In this document: one piece after another, positions 1-18,249 of the stretch
Layout of the letters: each line of letters begins with the position of its first letter
How positions within the stretch are numbered: the stretch's first letter is position 1
NCBI GenBank assembly: GCA_951406725.2
Contig: OX597829.1
Location: 1,302,001-1,366,000 of the forward strand
DNA from: Octopus vulgaris
Taxonomy: Eukaryota
Length of the DNA: 64,000 nucleotides
Direction of reading: 5' to 3'
The notes under the pieces: model-generated
Told to the model about the DNA's origin: nothing
Database searches by the model: none
The model's input: the letters and a program-made list of their open reading frames with translations, nothing else
Made by a program: the position numbers and the translations under genes

Positions 1-408
1 TTCTCTCTCCACCCCCACTCCTTCTCTCCCTCTTTCTCTCTCTCTCTCATTTTCTTCTTTTCTTCCTTTTCTTCAATTCCTATTGCTGTGTGTTTTTATC
101 TTCATCTCTTCTCGCGAACAATGACATTGGTAACACTAATACCATGAAATAAAGAATTCCCTATACAACAGACTTGGAGTATTGTTCCGTTACAGTTTGG
201 TCTTTATTCTCAACCAAGATAATTACTAACTCCTACATACACACGCACATACAATTTTTTTTACAATACCTATCCATAGTTTTCTGGTTTTATTTTTATT
301 TTGCATATTAGTACTATTTTACGTGCTTGGTTTTTTTTTTTATAAATCTGATAATATATTTTCATCTGCTTATAGCTATTTATATCTAAATAAGCCTCCC
401 TCTTCCCA

Positions 409-454
<46 letters not shown>

Positions 455-536
455 AACATATTTGTATGTGTGTCAGTCTTTATGTATATATATATATATA
501 TGCAAATGTAATATGTGACAATTATTCGGTAGCCAA

Positions 537-597
537 GATAAAACTCTGAGTTTCGGATGCCGAGGTGGAAATCCACACCACCATCTCTTCAGTAATC
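537..597 (-). ncRNA. Type I hammerhead ribozyme candidate
   Basis: Minus strand: gatta-CTGAAGA-gatg...catcc-GAAA-ctcagag-TT-ttatc. Stems I (one mismatch), II and III pair by eye. Confidence 0.65.
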
Positions 598-963
598 CGG
601 CCATCGGAAAAACGCTATGAAAAACGGTTTTTATATATGCATTTATATTTATATATATATATATATATGTATATGTATATATTTATACGCTTGTATGTAT
701 GACTGTGTGTTACTCTGTGTGTTTAAAAATCTAAACATGTCATGCTATTTTCACGATAATGCATATATATATATATATAGCAAAGTGCATTCATTTATAT
801 AAACTTCACTCAGTTTTTCACGTGATCTGCCCTTTCAGGCTCTGCGCAAATGACAGCCTGAAGGTAAAGTTCTCATGAATCTCCGAGTGGCTTCTAGGTG
901 GATCATTGGCATCACACACACAAACACACACTCTCTCTCTCTCTCACACACACACAAACAGCT

Positions 964-1322
964 ACATGGTTCCGGGTTCAGTCCCACTGCGTGGCACCTT
1001 GGGAAAGTGTCTTCTACTAGAGCCTCGGGCCGACCAAAACCTTGTGAGTGGATTTGGTAGACGGAAACTGAAAGAAGCCCGTCGTATATATGTATATATA
1101 TATATATGTGTGTATATGTTTGTGCTTCTGTGTTTGTCCCCTCCCAACATCGCTTGACAACTGACGCTGGTGTGTTTATGTCCCCGTTACTTAGCGGTCC
1201 GGCAAAAGAGACCGATAGAATAAGTACTGGGCTTACAAAAGAATAAGTCCCGGAGTCGAGTTACTCGATTAAAGGCGGTGCTCCAACATGGCCGCAGTCA
1301 TATGACTGAAACAAGTAAAAGA
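964..1322 (+). mobile_element. tRNA-derived SINE family A (5'-truncated)
   Basis: GGTTCAGTCCC B-box-like motif, internal (TA/TG)n, tail ...gactgaaacaagtaaaaga. About 10 copies in the window. Confidence 0.8.
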
Positions 1323-1371
1323 AATATATATATATATATTTATGTAATAATATATACGAAGAGAAAGGGAA

Positions 1372-3528
1372 GACGGGGAGAGAACGAGGGGGAGAGAAGG
1401 TAAGAAAGAGGGGAGATAAAAGAGAAGGGGAGAGAGAAGGTAAGAAAGAGGGGAGATAAAAGAGAAGGGGAGAGAGAAGTTGAAAAGGGAGAGATAAAAG
1501 AGAAGGGGAGAGAGAAGTTGAAAAGGGAGAGATAAAAGAGAAGGGGAGAGAGAAGTTGAAAAGGGAGAGATAAAAGAGAAGGGGAGAGAGAAGGTAAGAA
1601 AGAGGGGAGATAAAAGAGAAGGGGAGAGAGAAGTTGAAAAGGGAGAGATAAAAGAGAAGGGAGAGAGAAGTTAAAAAGGGAGAGATAAAAGAGAAGGGGA
1701 GAGAGAAGGTAAGAAAGAGGAGAGATAAAAGAGAAGGGGAGAGAGAAGGTAAGAAAGAGGGGAGATAAAAGAGAAGGGGAGAGAGAAGTTGAAAAGGGAG
1801 AGATAAAAGAGAAGGGGAGAGAAGGTAAGAAAGAGGGGAGATAAAAGAGAAGGGGAGAGAGAAGTTGAAAAGGGAGAGATAAAAGAGAAGGGGAGAGAGA
1901 AGGTAAGAAAGAGGGGAGATAAAAGAGAAGGGGAGAGAGAAGTTGAAAAGGGAGAGATAAAAGAGAAGGGGAGAGAGAAGTTGAAAAGGGAGAGATAAAA
2001 GAGAAGGGGAGAGAGAAGGTAAGAAAGAGGGGAGATAAAAGAGAAGGGGAGAGAGAAGTTGAAAAGGGAGAGATAAAAGAGAAGGGGAGAGAGAAGGTAA
2101 GAAAGAGGAGAGATAAAAGAGAAGGGGAGAGAGAAGTTGAAAAGGGAGAGATAAAAGAGAAGGGGAGAGAGAAGGTAAGAAAGAGGGGAGATAAAAGAGA
2201 AGGGGAGAGAGAAGTTGAAAAGGGAGAGATAAAAGAGAAGGGGAGAGAGAAGGTAAGAAAGGGGGAGAGAACGAGGGGAGAGAGAAGTTGAAAAGGGAGA
2301 GATAAAAGAGAAGGGGAGAGAGAAGTTGAAAAGGGAGAGATAAAAGAGAAGGGGAGAGAGAAGGTAAGAAAGAGGGGAGATAAAAGAGAAGGGGAGAGAG
2401 AAGGTAAGAAAGAGGGGAGATAAAAGAGAAGGGGAGAGAGAAGTTGAAAAGGGAGAGATAAAAGAGAAGGGGAGAGAGAAGTTAAAAAGGGAGAGATAAA
2501 AGAGAAGGGGAGAGAGAAGGTAAGAAAGAGGGGAGATAAAAGAGAAGGGGAGAGAGAAGGTAAGAAAGAGGGGAGATAAAAGAGAAGGGGAGAGAGAAGT
2601 TGAAAAGGGAGAGATAAAAGAGAAGGGGAGAGAGAAGGTAAGAAAGAGGAGAGATAAAAGAGAAGGGGAGAGAGAAGTGGAAAAGGGAGAGATAAAAGAG
2701 AAGGGGAGAGAGAAGGTAAGAAAGAGGGAGATAAAAGAGAAGGGGAGAGAGAAGTTGAAAAGGGAGAGATAAAAGAGAAGGGGAGAGAGAAGTTGAAAAG
2801 GGAGAGATAAAAGAGAAGGGGAGAGAGAAGTTGAAAAGGGAGAGATAAAAGAGAAGGGAGAGAGAAGGTAAGAAAGAGGGGAGATAAAAGAGAAGGGGAG
2901 AGAGAAGGTAAGAAAGAGGGGAGATAAAAGAGAAGGGGAGAGAGAAGTTGAAAAGGGAGAGATAAAAGAGAAGGGGAGAGAGAAGTTAAAAAGGGAGAGA
3001 TAAAAGAGAAGGGGAGAGAGAAGGTAAGAAAGAGGGAGATAAAAGAGAAGGGGAGAGAGAAGGTAAGAAAGAGGGGAGATAAAAGAGAAGGGGAGAGAGA
3101 AGTTGAAAACGGAGAGATAAAAGAGAAGGGGAGAGAGAAGTTGAAAAGGGAGAGATAAAAGAGAAGGGGAGAGAGAAGGTAAGAAAGAGGGGAGATAAAA
3201 GAGAAGGGGAGAGAGAAGTTGAAAAGGGAGAGATAAAAGAGAAGGGGAGAGAGAAGTTGAAAACGGAGAGATAAAAGAGAAGGGAAGAGAGAAGTTGAAA
3301 AGGGAGAGATAAAAGAGAAGGGGAGAGAGAAGGTAAGAAAGAGGGGAGATAAAAGAGAAGGGGAGAGAGAAGTTGAAAAGGGAGAGATAAAAGAGAAGGG
3401 GAGAGAGAAGTTGAAAAGGGAGAGATAAAAGAGAAGGGGAGAGAGAAGGTAAGAAAGAGGGGAGATAAAAGAGAAGGGGAGAGAGAAGTTGAAAAGGGAG
3501 AGATAAAAGAGAAGGGGAGAGAGAAGTT
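1372..3528. repeat. Polypurine minisatellite with two interleaved ~39-40 bp unit types
   Basis: Core GAGATAAAAGAGAAGGGGAGAGAGAAG followed by either GTAAGAAAGAGGG or TTGAAAAGGGA. Confidence 0.95.
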
Positions 3529-4300
3529 CTACACAGGCATAACGCCATTGATCATCGTTTGTAATTGATTGATTAACGAGTTGATTGGAATATTTGCTTC
3601 TAGAATTAATTGATTTCCTTTAAAGGTGTTTAATAAAATAATATTCTAAATTTGAATCTTTTATGTTTTACTTGTTTCGGTTATAAGACTTGCGACCATG
3701 CTGGGGCGCCGCATTGAGGAATATTTAGTCGAATGTATCGACTCCAGTACTTGTGTTTCCGTTCCTTTACCGTTGCAGTTCAGCAAAATAGACCGACAGA
3801 ATAAGGACCAGGCTTTAAAAATTAAGTAGCGAGGTTGATTCGTTCAAGTAAAATTTCTTTAAGGTAGTGCCCCAGCATGGCCTAAGTCTAATGACTGAAA
3901 GAAGTAAGAGAATTTACACACACACACACACACACACAGAGGCACACACACACACACATACAGAGGCACACATATAGATATGAGCAGAATTAGGTAAGTT
4001 CAAATATGTTTGTCACATGTTTCAACTACTAAAAGGCAAATACACTACAGTTGCCATGGAAAATAAATCTCTCGTATGGTAAAAAGGTATGAGAACACCC
4101 GGTTCATTCAGTGTCGCCATCTATTAGAGAAATCTCAGTGGTCGATCTTTCAAGCTACTTGGCTCTCCTCAATGAGATATACCTAAGAGAGGCAACTCTG
4201 AACGAACTTATTAAGGCGAAGCTTTCTATATAATTCTGTGACAAACATATTTCAACTTAACTTATTCTGCTCATACTTACTGCTTAGAGCTGACATTTCG

Positions 4301-4355
<55 letters not shown>

Positions 4356-7016
4356 ATTCACTCATTGCAGACGGCCTTCATTATTTTTAACCCCTGTAAA
4401 AGAACTCGGAAGCACATGCCGCTCACAAGACCTTTCGCGATACCCTAAATCCAGGAACTTTTCAGCATATATATGCATGTATGTATAATGCATGAATATA
4501 AATGTATATACACGCAAACACATACACACTTAGGTGCGTATGAGTTTGTGTTAATACAAATTCTGTTTGCTATCTTGGCTTTGTGCTTACATATATATTT
4601 GTGTAGCATTTTATTCTCTTCGTTCAGTGTATATCTCAATGGTTATATATACGCTGGATCTGTTTCATTGTTCCTTGAAGTCTATTGCTTTGAATGACCA
4701 TTTTTTTAGGTGTTTTGTTTTTGTTTTGTTTTGTATTTATTTCTCTCTTTGTCACTTTTCATTGACCAATTCATCGCTTATTTATTCTCTTTTGGTTGAT
4801 TTCCTTTTAATATCAACTTACTCTCTATATACCTACCGTTTGTAATCGTTCATTAATTCGAGTCTTTCTCTTTATTGCCAAGTTGTCAATTTCAGTTATA
4901 CAATTCTACTCTTGTTTTTTCTCCGGTCTGTGTCGATTCCATTCATTATCAAATCCGGTTGCAACAAAAATTTATCTAATTATTGTATCGGGTTTCACTA
5001 AATTTACTTCTCTTGATTTCACTGTTGACACATTAGCTAGTCTGTCCAATACCGCTAATATTCGTTGATTCTGGGAACGTGTTCTTTCATTTCTATTTAA
5101 AGATAACTAAAAAAAAATTGCTGTTCTGTATTTCATGTGTCTAAATTGCTACGCCTCTCATTGGTTAATTCCTTGACCACTTTTGTTTGCTGTTGTTTTA
5201 TTGAGTTTTGCGTTACTGAACCACTTCTGCCATCTCTACTGCAACTATGATATTGGATATTTATTTTGTTAGCAATCTTGGTTAGTTTTTAAAATCAATT
5301 TATTCTGGTGGTTGCAAAGTGACACGGCCTCCTTTTTTGTGTTTTGTCATCTCTTCGCAGCGTATTGGCTATGTGACACCTTTCTATATCTTTACACACT
5401 TCTTTGCATTTTTATTGGACTTTGTAACGTCTTTTGAACAGCCAGGGTGGGTTAGGTAGTAGAAGTTGCACATGTCAGTGCTCCATAGAATGGTCTGTTT
5501 CTCTACATTCGTAGGTAGTTGTGCTGCTCTTGTATTCTCATCTGACCATATCAACTGTTGATCATCTTGTTCTTGCTGTCGGATAATTGAGTATCTTCTA
5601 TTGAATCCATGGTTTTCCTCGACCAGCTGGTGGGGTGGGTCTTTAACGGGAAGGAGGATTTTCGTATCAATTGGAGGAAGTTAGATTAGTTGTAGAGGCA
5701 TAAGCCCTCAAAGCGCGTTGCTGCATTCACCATGTGTCGGTATATTCCCGGGTCTTCCAGGAGGACTGTCAAGCAGATTCCCAGTTACTCTGCATCTCTG
5801 ATAAATACCTCTTCATCTGCCATCACCATATGAGGTCGACTCAGACGAGCCGTCAATCTAGCCGGATCCTCAGTACTAGACAAGATTGATACAGTGGAGG
5901 AGGGTTATTATCAAATTTTTCCGTCCAGAACTTGGGTCTAGCTTCTTTTTGAGATGTTAAGGTGTTGAACATGAATGAGAAAGGTTCTTATTGACTTTAA
6001 TCATTGGTCCGGGGATGGGGAAGGCGTCCATGGAGAATGGGAGTTTAATTACTAGTAGCACTTGTTATCTCTGCTCGACTATCCATTTCCTGTCTCAGAC
6101 CAGCAAAAGCAATACCAGCAAGTCGATGCAGTTTCTTTGTATTGATGGGTTTCATACAACAGGGATCAGCCTGCACGTGGTTTTTCAGTGCTGAGTCAAG
6201 TTATTTGAGATGGGTCGATCTCTCCCTGACAAGAAATGCATACTCAAAGCAATAAATCTTAATGTTTTGTGCTGCGGCTAGCATCTTGGTGGGTGGGTGG
6301 GTGGGGGAGACTTTCCGCAGGATTTTGTTTCGGAACCTAATTTTAATATTGCTGTTTTTGACTAGTTCTTTAAAAGAAAGATTGTAGCTCAAGGCTACTC
6401 CAAGTTAGACAGGAAAGGTATAGTAGAACAGTAGTGTTCAAGACAATTCGATGTAAGCGATCGGTTAGCCTCATGGTCTCCGAGATGGAATGAACAGACT
6501 TGAGACGTCGCAGGGTATGTCATGTAGGTGGACAGAATAAATGGGATAAGATTTGCTTCTAATGCTTCAAACGTTCTGTCTTGAAACATGTCATTCAGCT
6601 GTCATCATCAGTGACTTTATATGTTGTTAAAAACATCAAAGAAGCACCCAGTGGAAGTCTGTGACAGTTCTTTTGTCCAGTGCAACATCCATTTTTCAGG
6701 ATCTTGCAGTTGCTACACGTGGCAGTCAGATCAAGTTGTGTAAGTTATGTGGAACACCTGCTGGCGTTTGTTAAACGGATCATGTTAACAGCTAACTCCA
6801 CCGTGAACACCAATTGAAAGAAAGAAGCAGAGAAAGAAAAGAAGGAAGGAAAGAGTCGCTAAAATGAACGCCAAAACGAGTGCAAATAACAACAAAAAAA
6901 AAGATATTAAAAACAAAGAAAAGTGACAAGAAACCAAGAAAATTAAGAAATAAAACAGACTAGAAAAAAGGAAGAAAGGAAGAGGGAAAGAAAGAGAGAC
7001 ACGTATATAAGCAGAC

Positions 7017-7017
7017 A

Positions 7018-7108
<91 letters not shown>

Positions 7109-7430
7109 AGATAGCTAGAGAGATCGAGGGAGGGAGAGAAGGCATACATGCATACATACATACATACATACATACATACATACATACATACATACATACA
7201 TACATACATACATACATACATACTAGGTAAGTCCGTACATACATACATAAATGCATAAATACATACCTACATACGTACATATATACACACACGTACATAC
7301 ATACATACATACATACATACATACATACATACATACATACATACATACATACATACATACATACTAGGTACGTACGTACATACACACATAAATGCATGCA
7401 TACATATATACGTACGTACGTACATACATA
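7017..7430. repeat. (ATCT)n and (CATA)n microsatellites
   Basis: Direct reading. Confidence 0.95.
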
Positions 7431-8789
7431 CCTACAGACAGACAGATAGATTGAGTAAATGTGTAATAAAACTGAAAAATACGCTAATTATTAATGGATT
7501 ATGTATAATATTTTGAAGAAAGGAAAGGGGCATTTGATGGCGCCTGTAAGACGTCTTGCTGGTTTTTACTCTAGATACAAACTCAAGGAACATATAGCCT
7601 AAGTAATAAACCGATACTATAAGCACGATCAAGAACTAAGATGGACGCCTATTAAGTACGACTTCTTCATATTATATCATACACCTCTCTCATTAAAAAC
7701 ATGGAGAGCAACACTCAAAAGATTATTTTAAAAGTGAATTGGTGCAACTGCTGCAATTATATTCTTGTTAAAGAATCTTTTGGCTCCACTTTTCAAAGTA
7801 AATAATTCAGCAGTTAATTGTATAAAGAACTTACACTGGTTCCTTATTTTGAACGGAAAAAAGAAAATCTTCAAGTTTTCAATATTATTTTACCTTTAGT
7901 AGCTTTTTACGATAGATTCTATGACATCCTAGAATTGCCTCAGTCAAAGGTAGCGAAAGCCGACGAAGCGTCTATGTCTGCTAACGGCTTTTATTGGCAC
8001 CTAAAGCAATTAAGAAATGCATGGTACGTATTACCAAGAAGATAATGTCGCAGCGCATTATGTCCTGGAGCAAGGCACTTCACTTCACATTTGTCCAGTC
8101 TTGACATCTGTAACTGAACACCAGCCTTTTGCTGCTGGTGCAGCTTTCATTCCTTCATCTCTGCTGTCACCATTCTTGTGTCATTTAAGTCAAAGTAAGA
8201 GAATCGAGACGATGCCCACATCTGATAGCAACTAAACGGGCATCGACAATATTTAACGAAGGCGTAGGACATATTAGAAAGCCATACTGGTTCGCTAATG
8301 ATAGTAAATACTTTAACCCCATGACAACGGGTTTTTATCTGCCAATTAGATTGCACTAACAGTAATAATCTCGGCCGAGATCAGTAATTAGCGCACGACA
8401 ACGGTTCGGCTAATATATACGTCAACCACTTTAAAGCATGCAATGTTTATTTATGTAATCTGCCATCACTGCGAGGACCGTAAATTCAACGAAACTGGCG
8501 TAGCTCAATACAACTGTAAATTCCTTGAAGGACCAGAAGATTTTGCTCAAGTGTACGAACTTGATAGGAAGTCATAGTAGAAAGGGTGGCGTAACCGTCC
8601 ACACTGTTGCTTTTATAATATTACGGCGATGAAATCTTGAACTGAGTTGGAAATATTTACACGAAATATTTACAACTGAGTTGGAAATATTTACCTATCA
8701 GATTCCTTGAAATTTGCACGGTGGCCTCTTTTTATCTATTCCGTGAGTGATAGCGGATATTTATATCAACCGGTACACAAAAAGGTAAA

Positions 8790-9021
8790 GGGGGCGAGCT
8801 GGCAGAAACGCTAGCACGCCGGGTAAAATGCTTAGCCGTATACGCCTGAAATTACGTTCTGAATTCAAATTCCGCCGAGGTCGACTTTGCCTTTCATCCT
8901 TTCGATGTCGATAAATTAAGTACCAGTTACGCACTGGGATCAATGTAATCGACTTAATCCGTTTGTCTGTCCTTGTTTGTCCCCTCTGTGTTTAACCCCT
9001 TGTGGGTAGTAAACAAATAGG
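8790..9021 (+). mobile_element. SINE family B
   Basis: ggcgagctggcagaa...gttcaaattcc head and central gactttgcctttcatcctttc...gtcgataaattaagtaccag block, shared with 22447 and 45514. Confidence 0.8.
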
Positions 9022-9332
9022 TACACAAACAGGTACAAAACCGCTGCAGATAGGGCTGCGTATATTTTCGTTTCTGATTCAAAGCGAGTACACAGCTCAC
9101 GTAAATTTACGTCAACCGATGTTATGGAGTTAAGTGACATTCTTCATTTTCACATTGCCCCATGAAAAGAGGTACTGGTCGTTCACTGGTACAGCTTTCA
9201 CTCGGTCCATTTGTTAATTCGTGTAAATACTTCTAGATTTAGGGTAAGGGAATCGAAACGATATATCCGCGTCTGTTATCAACCAAACGTGCATTGATAG
9301 TATTTAATGAAACCATAGGATATATAATTGTA

Positions 9333-9630
9333 GAGGCACATGGCCTAGTGGTTAGAGCAGCGGACTCGCGATCCCTCGATCGCGAGTTCGAATCTCAGAC
9401 CGGACGATGCATGTGTTTATGAGCGAAAATACCTAAGCTCCACGCGGCTCCGGCAGAAGGTAATGGCGAACTTCTGCTGACTCTTTCGCCACAAATTTCT
9501 TTCACTCTTTCCTCCTGCATCTTGCAGCTCACCAGCGACGGACCGGCGTCCCGTCCAGGTGGGGAACCTATACGCCAAGGAAATCAGGAAACCGGCCCTT
9601 ATGAGCCAGGCATGACTCGAGAAGGAACAA
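9333..9630 (+). mobile_element. tRNA-derived SINE family C
   Basis: A box TGGCCTAGTGG and B box GTTCGAATC. Close copy at 49879. Confidence 0.8.
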
Positions 9631-10399
9631 AACAAAAACAAATAAATATAGGATATATAAGCGAACTATACTTGTGCGGTGGTGACAGTGGGTACTTTAT
9701 GTGGCGTTATGCTTTAATTTTATCATCATCATCATCCTCATTGTTCGACCGTGGTCGAGACAATGGAATTTACTATGTCAACTGGAATGTAAAGAGCCAG
9801 AAAAAATACTGCTAATCGTTTGGTCCGACATACTAATGAGTCTACGAATTCACCATATTTAAACAGGTAACAGGCAATTTCTACCGAATTAAATTTATTT
9901 TTTATTTCTGAACTTGAATAATTATAGTTTTTAAAAAACTTTTTGTACCATAATTTCTAAACAAGAGCTTCATTGTTACAAGACTGCAAGCAGCCAGCCA
10001 CTGTATTTGTGATGGAGGGCGCGAGAAGATATAAAAAGTAACTGGTGGACTTTGTTCGAAGATCGCCAGTTCTTTGCTGATGTTTATATTTTCAGTTGTC
10101 CTTCGTCGACATAAGGTGTAGACATAGATATTTACTCCTATATATAATTATGCAAATATAAGTTGGTGTGGCGGTGATGGCATCCTGGGGCACTGATTGT
10201 GTTTGGGTTTCTTTTCTGTACAGTTTCTGGTAAAATAGCGCGTTGGACTATGTCCAACTCGCTTCTTTCCAGAGCTTCCCTCTGCGATGTGGGTTCATCT
10301 GGTGTTGGGTATTCCTTGGACACAGGTACGTTTAATCTGCCTCTGACAGAATCAGTTTGACACGACGCATGACAAAGTTGTATTCGTTTAGTTAGTTAA

Positions 10400-10705
10400 T
10401 TTTTTGGCTCAAAAAGCAAAAAGCAAGGCCATGTAAGGCGACATGGAATTAAGTACTGGGTGGTGTTCGTGTAAAGAGTTCAGGCCATTTGTGGTCAAGG
10501 GAGACTTTGAACCGAGCGGTCGTCGGCATCTTCACTATCTCGTCTGGCAGCTTATTCCACGAATCGCAACCCGAACGAAGAAAGCCCCTCTCCTTCGATT
10601 GAGATGAAATCGTCGCAGATAGAGCTTTTCTGGGCGACCCCACAGCCGACGCTCGGGAGCAGGAGTGAAGAACAGCTCTTTCGAGAGGTTACACTTTCCG
10701 CTTAT
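10400..10705 (-). mobile_element. CR1-like LINE 3' end fragment
   Basis: Translation SWNKLPDEIVKMPTTARFKVSLDHKW resembles the CR1-group ORF2 C-terminus. Confidence 0.6.
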
Positions 10706-11004
10706 GATAAAAACCGATGGGCTTCTTTACACTTTACCTGAAAAATTCTTCAAGGCTGAGCCTCAGCATGGCCACAATCTAATGAGAGCTTTTAATCGCT
10801 ATCACTTTCAAGCACCATAAAATCATTTTCCCGCTTTGCGGTAACTTTAGAGTTTCAATTCCGTTACTTTTTTTCTTGTTTCATTGTTTTTTTTTTGTTT
10901 CATTGTGTAAAGTACAAAGAAGTGGCGAAGAAGGGTAGGATTTCTTCGTTCTTTACACTTTACGCTTTACCAGCTTCACTTTGAGTTATTGATTACCCGG
11001 ATCT

Positions 11005-11400
11005 ACAGAAAATTTGCCTAAGATGCTTCCCACTTCGCACAACGAATCTCAACAACCAGACTCGATCGATGAAGCCCCTTGTCAAAAGATACCATGCGGC
11101 CTCATTTTCCATCGAAGTCGGCTGCCGTGGCTTCCCACCAGGGCCAGTGCGCTATTTCCTGCAGAAGATAGATCTGGCATTTACCTAACTGAAGAAAGCC
11201 ATCAAGAAATACAGGTACAGCAGTTGAAACTAGCTGAAAATGGTTATGGTTAATAAGAGACTACAAGTGGAACCCTTCTGTGGGTGAAGACTGTCTCAGT
11301 CCTCGCACGCACGCATAGGTAAAGTGTACAAATTAAGGGGGTCGGATGCTTGCGACACTGCGAAATCTGCTTATGATACGGAAGGGTTTCCAGCATTGCA
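11005..11400 (+). mobile_element. HERO/R2-group RLE retrotransposon 3' fragment (decayed)
   Basis: IEVGCRGFP encoded near 11111-11137, followed by LKKAIK...WLWL-like residues across frameshifts. Confidence 0.55.
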
Positions 11401-12269
11401 ATGGATTTAGAAGAGCTTGCAAAACCTCGGAGGAGCTCCTGCAGTTTCCGAGCTAAGCATCTCTGATGTTTATTTCTCCTATTTAATATTTACATCTAAA
11501 TTAGCGGTACGGTTGTATTCGCGTGTTTCTGTTTGTTTTTACGTGTGTGTATGTGTGTATGTGTGGTTGTGTATGTGTGTGTGTGTGTGTGTGCGTTATG
11601 GTTGGATGTGTGCATTTGTGTATGTGTTCTTAGTATGTGCAAATGCGTTTAGATTATTTCAGAATGTTTGATTATGAGTTCGTGTTTATGCGCTTGCGTT
11701 GCTATGTGTAGACATAAATCTGTCCTTGTGATTCTGTGTGAGTGTTTGTACGAGCTGGTGTATATACACGCGTGTTTTGTGTGTGGGTTTGTAAATACAT
11801 ACACATTCACACCCGGACAAATCAAAATTAAATAGACTCCACTGTTTTTGAAATATTTGCTTCTAGAAATAAAATAATGCAATTTGGCATATTCAAATAT
11901 TTAATCCAAGATTTAGTAGACATGATTTGTTGTAGTTTTTTTATTATTTAACCTGTATGGAGATCGTACAAATGAATAATATACGTACATACAAAACGGT
12001 ACAATGAAGGATGTCTACATTTGAGATGTTTCTGTACATGTGCATGCACATGTAGCTAGAATGAATGAATTCCTGTGTGTAAGTACACTCAAAGCAGTTA
12101 GCACAATTATGTGTGCATGAATATATGTGTGCAGTGGTTTGTTTGCATGTGTATACGGGGGAGAAGCATTTTGAAGTGTGCAGTATGTACAAAACAGTGC
12201 GCTTGCATGTATCTATGTTTATAACAGTGCACATGTGCACGCACCTGTGTATACCTTTTATTCTTTTAT

Positions 12270-12600
12270 TTGTTTCAGACATTTGGCTGTGGCCTAGTAG
12301 TTATTCCCCGGATCCGTGTTAAGTTACGGCGACGTAAAGAAAAACAAACCGATATTTAAGCAATGATAAGGGGAGAAACACAGAAACAAAAACACACACA
12401 CGCATATATACATACACACACACACATATACATACATACATATATATATGTATATATACGACGGGCTTCTTTCAATTTCCATCTACCAAATCGGCTCACA
12501 AAGCTTTGGTTGGCTTGAGGCTATAGTAGAAGAGACTTGCTCAAGGTGTCACGATGCGGTTGGGAAGCAAGCTACTTATCACAAAGCTACGCCAGCGCCT
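12270..12600 (-). mobile_element. SINE family A (diverged)
   Basis: cgacgggcttctttca...gaggctatagtagaagagacttgctcaaggtg block. Confidence 0.65.
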
Positions 12601-12836
12601 TTGTGTGCACGAAACATTTTGAAGTCAATGCGTGTGTATATAGCTAAATGTGTGTACGTTTGTGTTTTCGTGTGTGCTTCTGTAGATGCAGTAGTTATGG
12701 TAGTAGTAGTTGTAGCAGCAGCAGCAGCAAAAGTATAAGCAGCAGTAATAGTAGTATGAGCAGTGGTGTATTGTTAGTAGTAGCAGCAACAGTAATAGTT
12801 ATGTTACAAGTAGAAGCCTTTAGCAGCAACACCGCC

Positions 12837-15733
<2,897 letters not shown>

Positions 15734-15949
15734 CGTAGCAGTAGAATAGAGTTCTGTTGATTGATTGATTTTCTTTCCATCTCTCTAATACATCCAACAG
15801 TTTTGAATTCCGTTTCCTCAGTTATTAATGGTGTTTCTGATGTCGTGGATTAAAACAAGAGAAAAAAAAACAACAAAAAAACATTATCATCTCATCACAA
15901 CAAAGTCTTCCACATTCATTCCTGTTCTAGCATTGACAGTGTTTCTTTT

Positions 15950-17185
<1,236 letters not shown>

Positions 17186-17625
17186 ACTTTTGATAACCCA
17201 AAATACTACAATCTTATTAAGAAAGGGAAAAAGGTGAAGAGCTGTTTTGTTTGCTTTCGTTGTAACATGTTTTAATAATGATAAATAGGCGATGTCATAA
17301 TTTATATGTGTGACAACTCTCAGGGAAGTGACTGCGATAAGAAGCAATAACGTAATGGCATAGACTTCCTCTTTCGGAGATAAGACATGTTATTAATTGC
17401 AGACATTAATACTGATAGGTATTTATTAGCTCCATCTTTTGCAATTTCCCATTGGAATTGAGTGTAATAAATAAATCCTTTTGAAGCAAACCACTCACAA
17501 AGTCGGAGAATCTTCTTTGGTTTAGGTGCTCAGAGTTAAAAAGTCGAGTTGTCAGGTTCGAAACAAAGAACACGACGGATATATCTGTGTGCGTGTATAT
17601 GTGTGTATGTGTGTGTGTGTGTGTA

Positions 17626-17669
<44 letters not shown>

Positions 17670-17893
17670 ATACATTCATACATATGCATGCTTAAATAAA
17701 TAAATAAATACATAGATGTATGTATGTGTGTGTATGTAATATATATGTATATGTATATCTATATATCTATATATCTACATATATGTATTTATTTTCTGTC
17801 CGCGTCAATAATTTCACACACACACGCACACACACACACACACACACACATAGACATACGCACACACACATGCACGCACACACACATATACAT

Positions 17894-17958
<65 letters not shown>

Positions 17959-18207
17959 TGTATGAAATTATTGATACGGACAGAAAATTAAATTTAAAAT
18001 CACGAAACTCTGCATTGACGTAACCATTGGTAACACAGGAGGCAAAGTTATTGGATTGTATTACGTTCTTGCTTCCCATATTGTAACACTGCTAACACTC
18101 TATACCACAAGACTTCTACTAGCAAGAATCGAAATTTGATCGCACACGCTATTCGCTGAAGGCTTAAATTATTACCTAATTATAAGTTTAATTTTGTTTT
18201 CATATAA

Positions 18208-18249
<42 letters not shown>

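Noticed and set aside
1372-3528. CRISPR-like repeat/spacer periodicity
   Set aside because: No unique spacers, no cas genes, eukaryotic context.
1671-3548. 625-aa ORF
   Set aside because: Translation of the pyrimidine strand of the minisatellite; stop-free because of composition.
9333-9405. tRNA gene-like sequence (also 32716, 49879)
   Set aside because: It is a SINE head: it continues into a shared body and lacks a proper acceptor stem.
11189-11222. CTGAAGA...GAAA hammerhead-like words
   Set aside because: Stems do not pair; lies within LINE coding remnant.
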